Part shown: piece by piece, positions 62,801 through 64,000 of the stretch
How the letters are laid out: each line of letters opens with the position of its first letter
Numbering within the stretch: position 1 is the stretch's first letter
From: Mobula hypostoma
Taxonomy: Eukaryota
DNA length: 64,000 nucleotides
Direction: 5' to 3'
Assembly: GCF_963921235.1 (NCBI RefSeq)
Contig: NC_086097.1
Span: forward strand, 205,966,001 to 206,030,000
Position numbers and translations under genes: made by a program
The notes under the pieces: model-generated
Told to the model about the DNA's origin: nothing
The model's database searches: none
Seen by the model: only the letters and a program-made list of their open reading frames with translations

Positions 62801-64000
62801 AAGAGTGCCAGGGAAGTGAAGTATGTGCAGTGAAAATTACGACTGAGAAGGAGCTCAGGAAGCTTAATGGTCTGAGGGTGGATAAATCTCCCGGACCTGA
62901 TGGAATGCACCCTCGGCTTCTGAAGTAAGTAGCTGAAGAGATTGTGGGGACATTAACAATGATCTTTCAAAAATCGATCGATTCTGGCATTATACCGGAT
63001 GAGTGGAAAATTGCAAATGTTACTACGCTATTTAAGAAGGGTGGGAGGCAGCAGAAAGGAAACTATAGACCTGTTAGCCTGACATCAATGGTTGGGAAGT
63101 TGTTGGAATCGAAAGCTAGGGGTGAGATTACAGAGTACCTGGAGGCACATGACGAGACAGGCCAAAGCCAGCATGGTTTTCTGAAAGGAAAATTCTGCCC
63201 AACTAACCTACTGCAATTTTTTGAGGAAATTACAAGCAGGGCATGCAAAGAAGATGCAGTAGATGTGGAGTACTTGGATTTTCAGAAGGCCTTTAACAAG
63301 GTGCTGCACGTGAGGTTGCTTAGCAAGATAACAGCACATGGAATTACAGGGGAGTTACCAGTATGGGTGCAGCATTGGTTGAGCAGCAGAAAGCAGAGAG
63401 TGGGAATAAAGGGATCCTATTCTAGCTGGCTGCCGGTTACCAGTGGAATTCCACAGGGGTCAGTGTTGGGACCACTGCTTTTCACAATATTTGTCAATGA
63501 TTTCGACTATGGAATTGATTGATGTGTGGCTATATTTGCCAATGATACAAAGACAGGTGGAGGAGCGGGTAGTGTTGAGGAAACAAAGCCTGCAGAGAGA
63601 CTTAGATAATTTAGGGGAATGGGCAAAGAAGTGGCAAATGAAATACAAAGTTGGAAAATGTATGGTCATGCACTTTGGTGGAAGAAATAAAGAGGCAGAC
63701 TATTATTTAGATGGGGAGAGAATTCAAAATGCAGAGGTGCAATGGGACTTGGGAGTCCTTGTGCAGGATACCCTAGAGGTTAACTTCCAGTTTGAGTCAG
63801 TGGTGAAGAAGGCAAATGCAATGTTGGCATTCATTTCTAGAGGTATAGAATATAAGAGCAGGGATGTGATGTCAAGACTCTATAAGGCATTTGTGAGACC
63901 ACACTTGGAGTGTTGTGCGTAGTTTTGGGCTCCCTATTTTAGAAAGGATATACTGACATTGGAGAGGGTTCAGAGCAGATTCATGAGAATGATTCCAGGA
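62800..64000 (+). mobile_element. CR1 ORF2 RT region, runs off the right edge; same subfamily as 42285-43664
   Basis: [39 protein letters not shown]. Confidence 0.92.

Noticed and set aside
1..64000. CRISPR arrays, operons, tRNA/rRNA genes, and the many short ORFs in the track
   Set aside because: No repeat-spacer array or structural RNA gene was seen. The recurring pLTR sequences are dispersed insertions, and the short ORFs are repeat remnants or chance frames.

Overview
This is vertebrate genomic DNA, most likely a cartilaginous fish such as a ray or shark. That assignment is inferred from the mix of CR1, Rex1/Babar, RTE, Tx1 and Penelope retroelements plus V-domain SINEs. The only host coding sequence I can support is one 72-nt LRR exon of a peroxidasin-family gene (PXDN/PXDNL) on the minus strand at 6836-6907, so the rest of the window is intron filled with nested, mostly decayed retroelements. 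The best candidate for something undescribed is a structurally complete Gypsy (Mag-like) LTR element at 48750-53386. It has no tRNA primer-binding site; the bases just after its 5' LTR are instead complementary to its own polyA-signal region, flanked by a U5 hairpin, and its RT motif is YLDN. Other highlights are Penelope pseudo-LTRs carrying minimal hammerhead ribozymes and inserted as short fold-back palindromes, ORF-less retroposons with a YY1-motif head and Rex1-type tail, and a 700-bp GC-rich orphan segment with splice signals. Boundaries of old repeats are approximate and were set by eye; family names come from recognised motifs, not from database searches.
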